A DNA stretch of 64,000 nucleotides, from contig JAUCBJ010000968.1 in assembly GCA_032718475.1 (NCBI GenBank), forward strand, positions 1-64,000, read 5' to 3'. Positions 61,860 to 64,000 of this stretch are shown here, one piece after another. Each line of letters opens with the position of its first letter. The first letter of the stretch is position 1. The notes beneath the pieces are model-generated. The model saw only the letters and a program-made list of their open reading frames with translations, was not told the origin of the DNA and did not search any database. This DNA is from Nemertoderma westbladi (Eukaryota; Animalia; Xenacoelomorpha). A program made the translations under genes and the position numbers.

Positions 61860-64000
61860 TAAGTTATTAGTTTGATAACACCAAAGTAATTTATTAGTTG
61901 GATAACACAAAAGTAATTTAATGTTTGGATAACACCAAAGTAAGTTGTTAGTTGGATAACACCAAAGTAAGTTAATAGTTGGATAACACCAAAGTAAGTT
62001 ATTAGTTGGATAACACAAAAGTAATTTAATATTTGGATAACACCAAAGTAAGTTGTTAGTTGGATAACACCAAAGTAAGTTAAGAGTTGGATAACACCAA
62101 AGTAAGTTGTTAGTTGGATAACACCAAAGTAAGTTAATAGTTGGATAACACCAAAGTAAGTTAATAGTTGGATAACACCAAAGTAATTTAATATTTGGAT
62201 AACACCAAAGTAAGTTAATAGTTGGATAACACCAAAGTAAGTTGTTAGTTGGATAACACCAAAGTAAGTTAATAGTTGGATAACACCAAAGTAAGTTAAT
62301 AGTTGGATAACACCAAAGTAATTTAATAGTTGGATAACACCAAAGTAAGTTAATAGTTGGATAACACCAAAGTAAGTTGTTAGTTGGATAACACCAAAGT
62401 AAGTTATTAGTTGGATAACACCAAAGTAATTTAATATTTGGATAACACCAAAGTAAGTTATTAGTTGGATAACACAAAAGTAATTTAATGTTTGGATAAC
62501 ACCAAAGTAAGTTGTTAGTTGGATAACACCAAAGTAAGTTAATAGTTGGATAACACCAAAGTAAGTTATTAGTTGGATAACACAAAAGTAATTTAATATT
62601 TGGATAACACCAAAGTAAGTTGTTAGTTGGATAACACCAAAGTAAGTTAATAGTTGGATAACACCAAAGTAAGTTGTTAGTTGGATAACACCAAAGTAAG
62701 TTAATAGTTGGATAACACCAAAGTAAGTTAATAGTTGGATAACACCAAAGTAATTTAATATTTGGATAACACCAAAGTAAGTTATTAGTTGGATAACACA
62801 AAAGTAATTTAATATTTGGATAACACCAAAGTAAGTTTTGTTAGTTGGATAACACCAAAGTAAGTTAATAGTTGGATAACACCAAAGTAAGTTGTTAGTT
62901 GGATAACACCAAAGTAAGTTATTAGTTGGATAACACCAAAGTAATTTAATATTTGGATAACACCAAAGTAAGTTATTAGTTGGATAACACAAAAGTAATT
63001 TAATATTTGGATAACACCAAAGTAAGTTGTTAGTTGGATAACACCAAAGTAATTTAATATTTGGATAACACCAAAGTAAGTTATTAGTTGGATAACACAA
63101 AAGTAATTTAATATTTGGATAACACCAAAGCAAGTTATTAGTTGGATAACACAAAAGTAATTTAATATTTGGATAACACCAAAGTAAGTTGTTAGTTGGA
63201 TAACACCAAAGTAAGTTAATAGTTGGATAACACCAAAGTAAGTTGTTAGTTGGATAACACCAAAGTAAGTTATTAGTTGGATAACACCAAAGTAATTTAA
63301 TATTTGGATAACACCAAAGTAAGTTATTAGTTGGATAACACAAAAGTAATTTAATATTTGGATAACACCAAAGTAAGTTGTTAGTTGGATAACACCAAAG
63401 TAAGTTAATAGTTGGATAACACCAAAGTAAGTTGTTAGTTGGATAACACCAAAGTAAGTTAATAGTTGGATAACACCAAAGTAAGTTAATAGTTGGATAA
63501 CACCAAAGTAATTTAATATTTGGATAACACCAAAGTAAGTTATTAGTTGGATAACACAAAAGTAATTTAATATTTGGATAACACCAAAGTAAGTTGTTAG
63601 TTGGATAACACCAAAGTAAGTTAATAGTTGGATAACACCAAAGTAAGTTGTTAGTTGGATAACACCAAAGTAAGTTAATAGTTGGATAACACCAAAGTAA
63701 GTTAATAGTTGGATAACACCAAAGTAATTTAATATTTGGATAACACCAAAGTAAGTTATTAGTTGGATAACACAAAAGTAATTTAATATTTGGATAACAC
63801 CAAAGTAAGTTGTTAGTTGGATAACACCAAAGTAAGTTAATAGTTGGATAACACCAAAGTAAGTTGTTAGTTGGATAACACCAAAGTAAGTTATTAGTTG
63901 GATAACACCAAAGTAATTTAATATTTGGATAACACCAAAGTAAGTTATTAGTTGGATAACACAAAAGTAATTTAATATTTGGATAACACCAAAGCAAGTT
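61860..64000. repeat. 27-bp minisatellite, runs off the window end
   Basis: TTGGATAACACCAAAGTAAGTTATTAG with a few recurring variants (GTTAATAG, GTTGTTAG, TTTAATAT, ACAAAAG). Confidence 0.97.

Noticed and set aside
61797-63997. 334-aa and 718-aa repeat ORFs
   Set aside because: By-product of a 27-bp (multiple of 3) unit lacking stops; non-ATG starts, a frame switch mid-array, and no unique domain or signal peptide.

Overview
AT-rich, intron- and repeat-rich animal (invertebrate-like) genomic DNA; nothing prokaryotic and no CRISPR. Three host genes are readable. (1) A large + strand gene whose 5' part lies upstream of the window. Two exons encoding one complete CUB domain (2875-3047, 12660-12822) are in splice phase with seven exons (17545-38659) encoding the extracellular domain, TM2 and C-terminus of a DEG/ENaC channel. 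This predicts an ENaC-family channel with a CUB domain in its finger region. (2) A two-exon BTB-BACK-TLDc gene (17190->13185, -) nested antisense in the intron joining the CUB and ENaC exons. (3) An intronless PSMD9/Nas2 ORF (58497-59132). Just upstream of PSMD9 is a ~14-kb DNA transposon (44225-58291; ~510-bp TIRs, 9-bp TSD). It is filled with head-to-tail non-autonomous Helitrons whose 146-147-bp internal satellite monomers each carry a co-oriented, bipartite CTCF-like motif. The rest is decayed Gypsy and RTE-like retroelements, a tRNA-derived SINE, MITEs and large minisatellites (31, 37, 33/20, 23-35 and 27 bp units). All calls come from manual reading; no database searches were run, and repeat boundaries and copy numbers are approximate.
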